Counted from the first letter of the stretch, positions 17,114 through 27,347 are shown. The stretch: DNA of 56,998 nucleotides from an uncultured Gammaproteobacteria bacterium (GCA_964403545.1 CAYOGN010000153.1:1-56998), one strand, 5' to 3'. Translations and numbers: made by a program. Notes: generated from the sequence alone by a model not told the origin.

Positions 17114-17298
17114 ATTGCAAAATTACCGCAGTGAAATACGAGAATCAAAATTTCGGGTCACACGAGGATCGATTCACTGTAAAATCTCCTTTGCAGGACG
17201 GAAAGGACAGACACAATAATTTTTTGAACCAGATCAACTGCCCCAGCCAACCGTGTTGATAGAGCGAAATTTTTACCAAATTTATTGATCAATAACGT

Positions 17299-17769
17299 AT
17301 GCATGCCAATTTTCACAACAATACGATCCTGCGTCTAACTGCAAATTTGCTTGCCGGTATAGTTCTGTTGACACTTGGAGCATGCCGAGTTGATCAGGAA
17401 TACACATATCCTCGTGGCGCCATTAATCTCAATACTGAGCAAGTACATTCGTCAATGAAGAAAATGGCTGTCAGTATTAACAAGCTGGATAAGCTTTTGC
17501 ATGAAACGACCAGTGTATCCAGCATCCAGAAAGAAAAAGTGCTCGCAGAACTCGACGCAATCACGCAGGCCACTGAAGACCTTGGTGCCCGTGCTTCGGT
17601 GAGTGATCATCGAGTGATTTCTGACAATATGGGTGATTTTAGAAAACATGTCAGTAAAGCAAGAATTGCTGTGGATACTGAACAGCCAGATTACTTTCTT
17701 GCCGGCCAACTCGTCGGGCAGTGCCTGGACTGCCATTATAAAAATGCGGCCGTTAACGATACATTTTAG
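17299..17769 (+). CDS. Putative lipoprotein, class II c-type cytochrome-like (cytochrome c-prime/c556-like)
   Basis: Lipobox LTLGAC. Predicted helical ~130-aa mature part with a single CXXCH (CLDCH) 10 residues from the C-terminus, which is the class II cytochrome c layout. Confidence 0.4.
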   Translation: MHANFHNNTILRLTANLLAGIVLLTLGACRVDQEYTYPRGAINLNTEQVHSSMKKMAVSINKLDKLLHETTSVSSIQKEKVLAELDAITQATEDLGARASVSDHRVISDNMGDFRKHVSKARIAVDTEQPDYFLAGQLVGQCLDCHYKNAAVNDTF

Positions 17770-17779
17770 TGTAGATCCG

Positions 17780-18496
17780 TTATATCGGTAGTGGAATAAA
17801 GACGGTCGAGATCACACCATGTACTGCGCCGGTTACTGTTCGATTCGATGAATCGTCAGCAATCCGTGCCATCATATCCTGCAGCATGATGAGCTTGCCA
17901 AAAAGACGTTCAAAACTGAGATTATCGATCACCCCATTGGTTTCACTGGTGATCAGAAAGAGTTCCCCATTTTCTTTTCGATCATGCTTCAAACGCCAGA
18001 TCAGTATTTCGATGTTGCGCGCGCTGGTGACCAGCGCTTCACCGCTCAACTTCTCAAACATAAACATTTCGTCGTTGTATCCATAAGCCTGACGTAACAT
18101 GCCTCCGAGTCCGACAATGAGTGCAAAAATTCGATCTCCCTCAAAAGATTCGTCGAAGGTCATTTCCAGTGCATCGATATTCTGCCTGCCTCCAAGTTCT
18201 TCAAATATTAGTTGCTGGCGTTGCCGTCTCAACTGATTCAGTCTCGTCCCGATCGTCACACCCTCGCTCTTGTGAAGTTGAACCGGGTTTCGCTTGTATA
18301 GCTTGACCATGAGTTCGCGGACCAGGTGGCGAGTTTCCAGAATAAAATCATCGGCCACCATGGCAAAATCTGATTTAGCGAGATTTTTTACCTCATAGCC
18401 GGCGCAGGAGGAGAGTAACAATATCGAACCAACACAGAATGCAAGCCGTGCTATACGAAAATATGGCAATGAACCTCCAGCAATATCATTTGCCAT
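17780..18496 (-). CDS. Hypothetical lipoprotein
   Basis: Signal/lipobox ILLLSSC. No family recognised. Long clean ORF convergent with 17299..17769. Confidence 0.5.
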   Translation of the reverse strand: MANDIAGGSLPYFRIARLAFCVGSILLLSSCAGYEVKNLAKSDFAMVADDFILETRHLVRELMVKLYKRNPVQLHKSEGVTIGTRLNQLRRQRQQLIFEELGGRQNIDALEMTFDESFEGDRIFALIVGLGGMLRQAYGYNDEMFMFEKLSGEALVTSARNIEILIWRLKHDRKENGELFLITSETNGVIDNLSFERLFGKLIMLQDMMARIADDSSNRTVTGAVHGVISTVFIPLPI

Positions 18497-18720
18497 AGAT
18501 GGAAACGGAGAATTGATCCAGGTGAATAATAACCCTCATCGGGGTCTGTCAATCTGACTGTTGTGTTGTGATAATCAATGTAGTATTCCGTTCTATGAGC
18601 CAGTTTGACTCATTCGATATTCCTGCTTCTATACGAAATTCGGGGTTACTGTATCCCGGGCAGATCTTTTTTCAATGACGCCTGTACAGAATCCTGAGAT
18701 AGCCAGATTCCGCATTGTGA

Positions 18721-19308
18721 CTAATCCATTTTTCGCAAGATTATATCACTCGCTGCCACAATCGAAGCTGAAGTAACCCTGATCAGGTTTTTCAGTTCTG
18801 ATTTTGTGTTGCTGGCCGCCGGTTTTAGTGGCCCATCACTGATTAGCTTTACCACCGATAGCCGATCAAGATCGCCAGATCGCTGCAAAAACATGGCGAT
18901 GGTCATGGCCTCCATCTCATAAACTCCATTCTCGGCATACCCGGTTTCTACGCTTTGGATCGAGTGATCCAGAACCAGCGGCATGGATAACTCCGTGATG
19001 GCCACCAGTGATTTGGTTGCGACATCCTGAGCCTCAATTCGCTCCACCTGGACCACCTCCCCAACAGGATATTGCGAAGAACCTGCGACGCCAAAGTTGA
19101 GCCATCTGTCGTGGTCACCAAAGGTGAAATCCCGGCAATATCGTTTGAGTGAATGAAGGCAGTTTTTATGCCCCTGCCCCCCTATAAGCATGCGTATTTC
19201 GCCGTTTCCATAGTAGCGCTGACCGCCAGCTGACCGTTGTATCGCTAACCGGTAATAATTAATAAAAGGCGTTGCTTCGAGGTAATGAGCGGTGACGATA
19301 TTTAACAT
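18721..19308 (-). CDS. PNP/UDP/MTAN-superfamily phosphorylase/nucleosidase-like protein
   Basis: FGVAGS and YEMEAMTIA resemble the G-x-AG and (D/E)ME-S/A motifs of MTA/SAH nucleosidase-type folds. The ATG at 19308 overlaps the upstream GT2 stop (ATGTTAA). Confidence 0.5.
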   Translation of the reverse strand: MLNIVTAHYLEATPFINYYRLAIQRSAGGQRYYGNGEIRMLIGGQGHKNCLHSLKRYCRDFTFGDHDRWLNFGVAGSSQYPVGEVVQVERIEAQDVATKSLVAITELSMPLVLDHSIQSVETGYAENGVYEMEAMTIAMFLQRSGDLDRLSVVKLISDGPLKPAASNTKSELKNLIRVTSASIVAASDIILRKMD

Positions 19309-20138
19309 TCGGCTTGAGCATGGCTCCACTGCTGCCGCAATTCCAGATACCGGTTGGCCTGTTCAATCTTCCCTCTGTTGGAAAAACCTTTGGCGAGTAT
19401 CGTGCATTTCTCATCCAACATCGCTGCGCAGGCATTGCGCTGACGGGGTTCGAGGCTTCCAGACTGAAGAATTTTCTCCAGTGCTGTGACCCGAAAGCGA
19501 TCCATCCCCCAATATCGCCTGGATAGCTGGTCGGGATGGCCGCCATATTTGATCAGCAAGGGCTCCGCGACCAACCCCGCCTGATACTTGTGGAACAGAC
19601 GAAGCCATAAATCATAATCCTCGCAGGCGGGAAGTGATTCATCAAATAGCCCTATATCGTCCAGGACGCTCCGGTGTAATAAAACTGATGAAGGGGAAAC
19701 GCAACAAAGGGGCAGGCATTGATCAAAAATCCAGCCCCGGGGCTTGGCGTGTCTGTGTTTAGGGTTAACGCGCACACCGTTTCTAATCCAGATTTCATCA
19801 GTGTGACAGACCTTTACATCCCGATTATTCTCGAGTAGCGTCGTTTGCCTGGCCAGTTTTTCCGGGAGCCAGGTATCATCCGAATCAAGAAATGCTATCC
19901 ACTGGCCTCTGGCACAATTGATTCCCCGATTGCGTGCTGCACTAACCCCCAGATTACTCTGGGTGAGTAATACGACTTCAGGGAACTCCCTCGAGACCAT
20001 CTCTCCGCCACCATCGGTAGAGCCATCGTCGACAACGACAATCTCCAGTGGTTTGGTTGTTTGTTGCTGAACCGATGTTATCGCCCGGGCAAGAAATTCT
20101 TTGCGGTTCCATACCGGGATGACAACGCTGATATCCAT
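19302..20138 (-). CDS. Family 2 glycosyltransferase
   Basis: MDISVVIPVWNRKEFLARAITSVQQQT...VVDDGSTDG...FLDSDD. Start moved to M17. Confidence 0.85.
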   Translation of the reverse strand: MDISVVIPVWNRKEFLARAITSVQQQTTKPLEIVVVDDGSTDGGGEMVSREFPEVVLLTQSNLGVSAARNRGINCARGQWIAFLDSDDTWLPEKLARQTTLLENNRDVKVCHTDEIWIRNGVRVNPKHRHAKPRGWIFDQCLPLCCVSPSSVLLHRSVLDDIGLFDESLPACEDYDLWLRLFHKYQAGLVAEPLLIKYGGHPDQLSRRYWGMDRFRVTALEKILQSGSLEPRQRNACAAMLDEKCTILAKGFSNRGKIEQANRYLELRQQWSHAQAEC

Positions 20139-20199
20139 GACAAATTTTTGACCCTGGCAAAGCCCCGAAGCGTGGACCCCGGGCACCAGGGTAATCCAC

Positions 20200-21171
20200 C
20201 TACATCAGTTCACTGACAGCATCACGTTCTTCGAACAGTTCTTCTTCGGTAATCGTCATTCTCTCGCGACTGAAAGCACTGATTTCCAACCCCTGAACGA
20301 TCTCATAGTCACCATTATTACAAGTAACCGGATATGAATAAATCACACCTTCCCTGATATTGTAACTACCATCAGACGGAATTCCCATGCTGACCCAATC
20401 GCCGGGTTCCGTCCCCAATGCCCAGCTCCGCATGTGGTCAATTGCCGCAGACCCGGCGGAAGCTGCGCTGGATGCTCCTCTGGCCTTGATAATTGCAGCA
20501 CCACGCTGTTGCACCGTCGGTATAAACTCATCGGTCAACCAGTCCTCTGCGACATCTACAGGTTTACCGGCAACGAGAGCATGTGACACATCCGGATACT
20601 GGGTTGACGAATGATTACCCCAGATCGTCATTCGCGTAATCTGATCATGATGTACCCCGATTTTGTCTGCCAGCTGGGCCATGGCGCGGTTATGATCGAG
20701 CCTTGTCATAGCTGTGAACTGTCTTCTGTCGAGATCTGGTGCATTGGATGCAGCAATCAGGGCATTGGTATTTGCCGGATTACCGACCACCAGGATTTTT
20801 ACATCGCGGGCAGCGTGATCGTTTAACGCCTTGCCCTGACCGGAAAAAATTTTTCCATTTTCCTTGAGCAGATCATTCCGTTCCATTCCAGGACCACGCG
20901 GCTTTGAACCAACCAGCAGGGCATAGTTCGCATCACGAAACCCGATGTTGGGGTCATCGGACACCTCAATTCCAGCGAGTAGTGGAAATGCGCAGTCGAG
21001 CAATTCCATTGCAACGCCGTTAAGCGCACCCAGGGCTGGTGGGATTTCCAGAAGTTGCAGCACAACCGGCTGGTCCTTGCCCAGCATGTCGCCTGCAGCA
21101 ATCCGGAATAGTAATGCATAAGAGATGTTACCGGCGGCGCCAGTAACCGCAACTCGGACAGGAGATTTCAT
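20200..21171 (-). CDS. mdh: Malate dehydrogenase (LDH-like, long type)
   Basis: [27 protein letters not shown]...[15 protein letters not shown] at 21171 is preceded by GAGGAA. Confidence 0.95.
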   Translation of the reverse strand: MKSPVRVAVTGAAGNISYALLFRIAAGDMLGKDQPVVLQLLEIPPALGALNGVAMELLDCAFPLLAGIEVSDDPNIGFRDANYALLVGSKPRGPGMERNDLLKENGKIFSGQGKALNDHAARDVKILVVGNPANTNALIAASNAPDLDRRQFTAMTRLDHNRAMAQLADKIGVHHDQITRMTIWGNHSSTQYPDVSHALVAGKPVDVAEDWLTDEFIPTVQQRGAAIIKARGASSAASAGSAAIDHMRSWALGTEPGDWVSMGIPSDGSYNIREGVIYSYPVTCNNGDYEIVQGLEISAFSRERMTITEEELFEERDAVSELM

Positions 21172-21264
21172 GTTTTTCCTCAATAATTAGGGATGACGAG
21201 CGATTATAATTTATCTGGAAATAATACCATAGCGCTCTATCAATCTGATCATCGCAATTCATGG

Positions 21265-21293
21265 TTGACTGTTTGGTTTCATCCCCTTAATAT
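21265..21293 (+). promoter_or_regulatory. Putative sigma-70 promoter upstream of mltD
   Basis: TTGACT (21265-21270), 17 nt, TAATAT (21288-21293). It is very close to the ATG at 21303, so the leader would be very short. Confidence 0.3.
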
Positions 21294-21302
21294 CCCAGCG
21301 CT

Positions 21303-22793
21303 ATGCCCGGACCCCGAATTTCGTACTGCTGCATCGCCATTGGTCTGTTGACCCTCGCTGGTTGTACCTCAATCCCCACTTCAGACCGAATTGCAGCTGT
21401 CGGTCCAACAGCGCCTGTAATGGATGCTGAGGCCGAGTCAAGCTCGGCCAATGCAGCCGCACAGTCCGAATCCGGCCAGTCTGTGGATATATACCGGTCT
21501 TTGGAGAGCGGGACGCTGACGGCGCTGGAATTTTCAGAGAACGGCATCGACAATCTGCGAACGGATGAACAGTCGGCGCAGCAAAAACTTATTCTATCTA
21601 CCGCGCTGACTCCTGGCCCTCAAGCTGACGATCTCTGGGACCGACTTCGCAGTGGGTTTCGATTATCCAATCTCGAAAACAGACCAGATCGAGTGGCACA
21701 ATTTGAGAAATATTATGCCCGGCATCCAAAATACTTTGAACGCCTTGCCGACCGTGCGCAGTGGTTTCTGCCCTACATTCTGGACCAAGTCGAAAAACGT
21801 GGAATGCCCACAGAAATCGCCATTCTGCCAGCCATCGAAAGTGCCTTTCGACCGGACGCCACGTCGAAATCCAATGCCGTAGGTATGTGGCAGTTTATTG
21901 GCGCAACCGGGCGCCGATTTGGACTACGACAGGATTGGTGGATGGACGCCCGCCGCGATCTGGTGCAATCCACCAGAGCAGCGCTGGACTATCTTGATTA
22001 TCTGTCCCTGGAATTTAATGGTGACTGGGAACTGGCGTTAGCGGCATACAATGCAGGTGAAGGGAATATTCGTCGCAATATCAGGAAAAATCAAGCCAGG
22101 AATTTGCCTTCAGATTATGCGCATTTGCGACTTCGAAGAGAAACATCTGAGTATGTACCGAGGTTATTTGCCGTTCGAAACATCCTCATAGACCCTGAAA
22201 AGTATGGAATCCAGCTTAAACCTTTAGCCAATAGTCAAACCCTTGGGGTTATTGACCTGAAGACCCAAACCGATATTTCAGTTGCTGCCTCATACCTTTC
22301 CCTGAGCAGCAAGCAACTGCATTTTCTCAACCTCGGATACAAACGTGGCGTGACACCACCCAACGGCCCCCATATTCTGGTTGTGCCAATCGGGGAGGCC
22401 GATAACCTGATGGAGAAGCTGGCTACACTAAGCCCCACACAACGGATGCAGTGGGCTCACCACAAGGTAAAGAAAGGAGAGTATCTTGGCAAAATAGCCC
22501 GGATTCACGGTGTGTCGGTGCAATCAATTGTGCGCTCTAACTCTTTGAAATCTAATCTAATCAATCCGGGCCAGGAACTACGTATCCCACTAAGTACGGG
22601 TGCCGTCCAGTATGCCGGCCCTGGCATTATTGCCGATTCTGCACAAGTCCAGAAGCATCTGGTTGCCTCCGGCGACTCACTCTGGAAGATATCGCGGCAA
22701 TACAGTGTATCGCTGGAAGATATCCTGAAATTGAACCAGCTTTCCAAAAATACCACGTTGTATCCAGGTCAAAGTATCATTATAAAACCCTGA
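21303..22793 (+). CDS. mltD: Membrane-bound lytic murein transglycosylase D (lipoprotein, SLT domain plus two LysM repeats)
   Basis: Lipobox LTLAGC, SLT catalytic ESAFRPDATSKSNAVGMWQF, two C-terminal LysM repeats (HKVKKGEYLGKIA..., HLVASGDSLWKISRQY...). Confidence 0.9.
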   Translation: MPGPRISYCCIAIGLLTLAGCTSIPTSDRIAAVGPTAPVMDAEAESSSANAAAQSESGQSVDIYRSLESGTLTALEFSENGIDNLRTDEQSAQQKLILSTALTPGPQADDLWDRLRSGFRLSNLENRPDRVAQFEKYYARHPKYFERLADRAQWFLPYILDQVEKRGMPTEIAILPAIESAFRPDATSKSNAVGMWQFIGATGRRFGLRQDWWMDARRDLVQSTRAALDYLDYLSLEFNGDWELALAAYNAGEGNIRRNIRKNQARNLPSDYAHLRLRRETSEYVPRLFAVRNILIDPEKYGIQLKPLANSQTLGVIDLKTQTDISVAASYLSLSSKQLHFLNLGYKRGVTPPNGPHILVVPIGEADNLMEKLATLSPTQRMQWAHHKVKKGEYLGKIARIHGVSVQSIVRSNSLKSNLINPGQELRIPLSTGAVQYAGPGIIADSAQVQKHLVASGDSLWKISRQYSVSLEDILKLNQLSKNTTLYPGQSIIIKP

Positions 22794-22829
22794 GCGTCTA
22801 TCGCCAACCAGCAGGGGAAAAGGCCCTGC

Positions 22830-23372
22830 CTAGTCAATCTGGCGGTGCATCAATATTGCCGTCTCTCTCCTGTTGTTATGATCCTCGTCCGGACAAGAAC
22901 CACAACAAGGATAGTAGTCTTTACGGATGCCATCTTCAACAAATCCTTCAGCGTGATATAAATGCCGGGCAATGACATTGGACTCTCGCACTTCCAGCCA
23001 CAACGCGGCAGCACCCATTTGTCGACCAACGGCGAAAATTCTGCGTAACAATGATTTGCCATGGCCCTGATTTTGAAACCCGGAAAAAATAACCAGATTT
23101 AAAACTTCAATGCGTTCGGCAGCCTGCATCAGAACGCAATAGCCTAAATCCTCCTGATTGCGGGAGTAACTATAGCAATAATGTCCCTGCCGAACACTGT
23201 CATCCAATTGCGCAACGGTCCATGGCCAGCGCGTAGAATTTGATTCCAGCGCAACCAGACTGGCAATAAATTCCTCATTCACATGATTAGCGCTGATCGG
23301 CAGCAATTCTGCCGGTGTCGATTCAGCTATAACATTTACCCTGTTGGAGTCAGACCCGGGTATCGACATCAT
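22830..23372 (-). CDS. rimI: Ribosomal-protein-alanine N-acetyltransferase RimI
   Basis: GNAT core QNQGHGKSLLRRI...LEVRESN..A..LY...GF. 4-nt overlap with the upstream holD-like gene, matching the classical holD-rimI pairing. Confidence 0.85.
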   Translation of the reverse strand: MMSIPGSDSNRVNVIAESTPAELLPISANHVNEEFIASLVALESNSTRWPWTVAQLDDSVRQGHYCYSYSRNQEDLGYCVLMQAAERIEVLNLVIFSGFQNQGHGKSLLRRIFAVGRQMGAAALWLEVRESNVIARHLYHAEGFVEDGIRKDYYPCCGSCPDEDHNNRRETAILMHRQID

Positions 23373-24079
23373 CCATGACTTGTTGGAATACCAGCTTTTA
23401 ACAGGTCTTGCCAGAGCCCGGCCTTATCCAGTGGATGCTCCAACAACCAGTCAAGGCTGAACGTAGCCCGCAATATACATTCACTACCGGGATACCTGTA
23501 TTTCTCGTTACGCAAAACAGCAAGAGGTTTCTCTGCTTTAACCAGGGCCTGGGCGCATTGTTCTCCCATCACTATAAAATTCCGCGGTTGGTGTCTGGCG
23601 AGAAAACTTTCGAGCGATGGAAGCAGTGGCTCTTTGCCAGCGTCAATGACCTCTTGCCGAACCACCGATATGGTGAATACATCTTCAAGACAAAGACCCA
23701 GAGAAAACAGTAAGGCTTCATATAACTGGCAGCGGGCAGACCCTGAAATCAGCCCGTCACCAACCTCAGCCAGGTCACATTGACAAACAAACAACCACTC
23801 TGAGTCTGGATTACCTGCACTGCGGGCAGCCCATTCCAGCGCTTCCCGGGGAGTCCTGTCACCAACAGCAGTTTCCGGATTGTCCGCAACGGCCGCAGGA
23901 CAGTCTGCAAGTGAATGCTGGCCATGGCGTAGCTGCCAGACATCCACTCCCATTAAACGTAGTATTTCTAACTGCCTGTTGGTTTGCGCTGGCTTTTGAT
24001 TAAATAAATTCAACTTTACAGCGCGCAGACCATATGCTCTAGATAGCCCGGGCGTATTGTGGATGAACCCGTTTGCCAC
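23369..24079 (-). CDS. holD: DNA polymerase III psi subunit-like protein (long form)
   Basis: [17 protein letters not shown] resembles the E. coli psi N-terminus (..QQLGITQWSLR). The C-terminus [15 protein letters not shown] resembles ..ANPTARAALWQQI. It sits directly upstream of rimI. The start is uncertain because the ORF overlaps the leuA 3' end by 41 nt. Confidence 0.55.
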   Translation of the reverse strand: MANGFIHNTPGLSRAYGLRAVKLNLFNQKPAQTNRQLEILRLMGVDVWQLRHGQHSLADCPAAVADNPETAVGDRTPREALEWAARSAGNPDSEWLFVCQCDLAEVGDGLISGSARCQLYEALLFSLGLCLEDVFTISVVRQEVIDAGKEPLLPSLESFLARHQPRNFIVMGEQCAQALVKAEKPLAVLRNEKYRYPGSECILRATFSLDWLLEHPLDKAGLWQDLLKAGIPTSHG

Positions 24080-25586
24080 TTTGATAAAGCCTGTTCAGTG
24101 CATTAATATATGCCTTGGCAGACGCCACCACGATATCAAGGTCAGCACCATGACCATTGACGATTTGCCCTTCATGCTCCAGACGAACGCTCACCTCACC
24201 CTGGGCATCGGTGCCGCTGGTAATACTATTCACCGAGTAAAGCTGCAATAAACTTCCGGATTGAACAATTTTCTCGATGGCTCGAAATGTGGCATCTACC
24301 GCTCCATTACCACCCTCTTCGGCAGTAAATGGCGCACCTTCAACTTCTATTTCGACCCGTGCCGTAGGCGACTTTCCTGTTTCTGAACTGCTTTGCATAT
24401 GGATCAATTTGAATCGCTCATTGACTTTATCGTGACTGCTATCCATTACCAGCGCCTGCAAATCGTCATCAAAAATTTCGTGTTTGTTATCCGCCAACAC
24501 CTTGAATCTGATGAAGGCCTGGTCTAACTCTTCTCTGGATCGAAACTCAAACCCGAGAAATTTCAATCGCTCTGCAAACGCATTTCTACCGGAATGCTTG
24601 CCAAGTACCATCCGGTTTGCCGACCAGCCAACGTCTTCGGCTCGCATGATTTCGTAGGTTTCCCGCGCCTTGATCACCCCATCCTGATGAATGCCCGCTT
24701 CATGAGCGAAAGCATTGGCGCCCACAATCGCCTTATTTGGCTGCACTGCGAACCCGGTAATAGTGGAGACCAGGCGACTGGCCGGGACAATCTGAGTGGT
24801 ATCGATAGCGGAATCGCAATCAAATGCGTCCTGCCGTGTTCGTATCGCCATCACCACCTCTTCAAGGGACGCATTTCCTGCACGCTCTCCGAGACCGTTA
24901 ATGGTACATTCGATCTGGCGTGCGCCCTGGGCCACTGCTGCCAGGGAATTCGCTACCGCAAGCCCGAGGTCATTGTGACAATGAGCTGAAAATATTGCTT
25001 TATCAGAATTAGGAATGCGCTCTCGCAGGGTTTTTATGAGATCGCCGAATTGTGCAGGAAGGTTGTAGCCCACGGTATCTGGAATATTAATGGTACCAGC
25101 GCCTGCATCGATAGTGGCTTCAATAATACGGCACAAAAAGTCTATTTCTGATCGACCCGCATCCTCGGGAGAAAACTCAACATCGTCAGTGTAGCCCCTG
25201 GCTTGTTTAACAGACGCGACCGCGTGCTCTATCACCTCATCGGGTTGCATCCTTAACTTGTGCTCCATGTGAATCGGAGAGGTTGCGATAAAGGTATGGA
25301 TACGCGAAGAAACCGCCGGTTTTAGCGCTTCCCCCGCCTTTTCTATATCCCGTGGATTTGCCCTTGCCAGTCCACAGACGGTGCTGTCCTTGATAATCGA
25401 AGAAACTGCCTTGACCGCTGCGAAATCTCCGGGACTGGCGATGGGAAACCCGGCTTCGATAATATCCACCTTCATTTTCTCGAGCAACTTTGCGATCCTG
25501 ATTTTTTCGTCCTGGGTCATGGACGCACCGGGACTCTGTTCCCCGTCTCTCAATGTGGTATCAAAAATAATTAATTTGTCTTTCAT
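24039..25586 (-). CDS. leuA: 2-isopropylmalate synthase
   Basis: [32 protein letters not shown] and the C-terminal LeuA regulatory domain. Confidence 0.97.
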   Translation of the reverse strand: MKDKLIIFDTTLRDGEQSPGASMTQDEKIRIAKLLEKMKVDIIEAGFPIASPGDFAAVKAVSSIIKDSTVCGLARANPRDIEKAGEALKPAVSSRIHTFIATSPIHMEHKLRMQPDEVIEHAVASVKQARGYTDDVEFSPEDAGRSEIDFLCRIIEATIDAGAGTINIPDTVGYNLPAQFGDLIKTLRERIPNSDKAIFSAHCHNDLGLAVANSLAAVAQGARQIECTINGLGERAGNASLEEVVMAIRTRQDAFDCDSAIDTTQIVPASRLVSTITGFAVQPNKAIVGANAFAHEAGIHQDGVIKARETYEIMRAEDVGWSANRMVLGKHSGRNAFAERLKFLGFEFRSREELDQAFIRFKVLADNKHEIFDDDLQALVMDSSHDKVNERFKLIHMQSSSETGKSPTARVEIEVEGAPFTAEEGGNGAVDATFRAIEKIVQSGSLLQLYSVNSITSGTDAQGEVSVRLEHEGQIVNGHGADLDIVVASAKAYINALNRLYQSGKRVHPQYARAI

Positions 25587-25683
25587 CTGTCTGCCTCACG
25601 GGCTCTGGCCCGATAAAATTTTAATGTTCTTGTCCCTGCCATCTTGCAGACAGAGATTTGTATTCGCGGTGAGGGGTAAAAGT

Positions 25684-25794
25684 TTAGTGCGCTGAACAGC
25701 GCAGCAGCAGTGCAGATAGCAGGCCCAGCAATAAACTACGTACAACGCAATCGGAAGCGTCGTCAAAATTCACTTGTTGTGTGGTGCTGAACAT
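25684..25794 (-). CDS. Putative leucine-rich leader peptide (leu attenuator-type) upstream of leuA
   Basis: Hand translation of the minus strand gives MFSTTQQVNFDDASDCVVRSLLLGLLSALLLRCSAH*. There are 8 Leu in a 12-residue stretch. The stop lies 97 nt upstream of the leuA ATG. The region after the stop has segments complementary to the leuA RBS. No clear SD precedes the leader ATG. Confidence 0.5.
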   Translation of the reverse strand: MFSTTQQVNFDDASDCVVRSLLLGLLSALLLRCSAH

Positions 25795-25872
25795 AGCGCT
25801 AGTCTATTAAACCTGATTGCACGTTGCAACCCCTGATACATGGCGCTCTGTCACTGTAACAATCACGTTATA

Positions 25873-26682
25873 TTACTTGGTATCATCGTCATTGACGGAT
25901 ACTTCACCAGGCGATTCGTCATCATCACCTTCGTCGGGGAGAAATGCAGGGCTTTCCTTGTGGCCTTTACGCCATCGCAAAAACCAGCCAATCGGCCCAG
26001 AGGCGGCATATCCGAAAGCCATCAGGAACAGTACCGTGGCCGGATCAAAAAATACCAGGACAAATACCAGCAATAACGCAATCAATACGACAAAGGATAT
26101 TTTATTTTTGTGATCGAAATCCTTGAAACTTCGAAACTTGACGTTACTGACCATCAGAATCGCGGCAACCAGCGTTACCAGCGCACTGAGCCAGGGCACC
26201 GTTGGCCCAGCCACACCGAATTCATCCAGACACCATACCCAAAACACCACAAAAGCAGCCGCAGATGGACACGCTAATCCATAGAAGTATCGATTGTCCT
26301 TGATTGTCAGGGTATTAAATCGAGCCAGTCTGAGAGCAGTAGCTGCGGCATAAAGAAATGCAATCAACCAACCCGCACGACCGATTTCCTGCAGCGACCA
26401 GAAATAAATTATCAAGGCTGGTGCTAATCCAAATGCAACCAGATCTACCAGACTGTCGTATTCTTTGCCAAAATCACTCGCGGTATTGGTCCAGCGGGCC
26501 ACACGACCATCAAGACCATCCATGATCATTGCCACCAGAATACCAACCGCAGCACGATCAAAATTCCCGTGTGTGGCCTGGATGATAGCGAAGAAGCCAA
26601 AGAACAACCCCGCGGTAGTAAACAAACTGGGCAGAAAAAATATGCCTTTACGGCCGTTAGCGGAATTTTCGTCAGATGTCAT
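25873..26682 (-). CDS. pssA: CDP-diacylglycerol--serine O-phosphatidyltransferase
   Basis: CDP-alcohol phosphatidyltransferase motif DGLDGRVARWTNTASDFGKEYDSLVD; multi-TM protein. Confidence 0.9.
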   Translation of the reverse strand: MTSDENSANGRKGIFFLPSLFTTAGLFFGFFAIIQATHGNFDRAAVGILVAMIMDGLDGRVARWTNTASDFGKEYDSLVDLVAFGLAPALIIYFWSLQEIGRAGWLIAFLYAAATALRLARFNTLTIKDNRYFYGLACPSAAAFVVFWVWCLDEFGVAGPTVPWLSALVTLVAAILMVSNVKFRSFKDFDHKNKISFVVLIALLLVFVLVFFDPATVLFLMAFGYAASGPIGWFLRWRKGHKESPAFLPDEGDDDESPGEVSVNDDDTK

Positions 26683-26699
26683 GGTTATGCAGTAACAGA

Positions 26700-27347
26700 C
26701 TATTGGGTTGAGAAATTGGCCACTACATCATTTCCGGATGTCACCCACTGGCCCAGCCGGACATTCAACGAAGTACCTACAGGAATATACAGGTCAACCC
26801 TGGAGCCAAACCGAATAAAACCGTATCGTTGTCCGGTATTTACCCGATCACCTTTTTTTATATAACAAAGTATGCGTCTCGCTACCAGTCCGGCGATCTG
26901 GACAAAGACAACATCCTGATTGTCCCCGGTTCTGATCCACACCGCGTTTCGCTCGTTTTCCAGCGATGCCTTATCGAGCGCAGCGTTAAAAAACTTTCCG
27001 CTGTGATACCAGCATCCTTTAACCACTCCCGCAATAGGTACAAGATTCGAATGCACCGAGAAAACATTCATGAAAATACTCATCTTTATTGATCGAACAC
27101 CATCAAGATAAGGATTGTCCTCTTCTCCAATGGCCACCACCTGGCCACTCGCCGGCGCTACTATTGCACCGGGGCTGTCACTGATACTGCGTGGTGGATC
27201 GCGAAAAAACTGAACCACGAACAAAACCAACAGCCAAACGATAATCGACCACCATCCCAGCAAATAGGTTGCGAGTAACCCCGCGCCCAATGCAATCAAT
27301 AGATGCACTCTTCCTTCTTTGGCCAAGATCGGGTAACCGGGCTGCAT
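26700..27347 (-). CDS. psd: Phosphatidylserine decarboxylase family protein (short, membrane-anchored type)
   Basis: FMNVFSVHSNLVPIAG and the self-cleavage region GFIRFGSRVD. N-terminal TM helices. Confidence 0.85.
   Translation of the reverse strand: MQPGYPILAKEGRVHLLIALGAGLLATYLLGWWSIIVWLLVLFVVQFFRDPPRSISDSPGAIVAPASGQVVAIGEEDNPYLDGVRSIKMSIFMNVFSVHSNLVPIAGVVKGCWYHSGKFFNAALDKASLENERNAVWIRTGDNQDVVFVQIAGLVARRILCYIKKGDRVNTGQRYGFIRFGSRVDLYIPVGTSLNVRLGQWVTSGNDVVANFSTQ

Noticed and set aside
18595-18678. 27-codon ORF (MSQFDSFDIPASIRNSGLLYPGQIFFQ) in the 224-bp spacer between the lipoprotein gene and the PNP-fold gene.
   Set aside because: It has no RBS, no recognisable motif and no supporting context. 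It is indistinguishable from a chance ORF.
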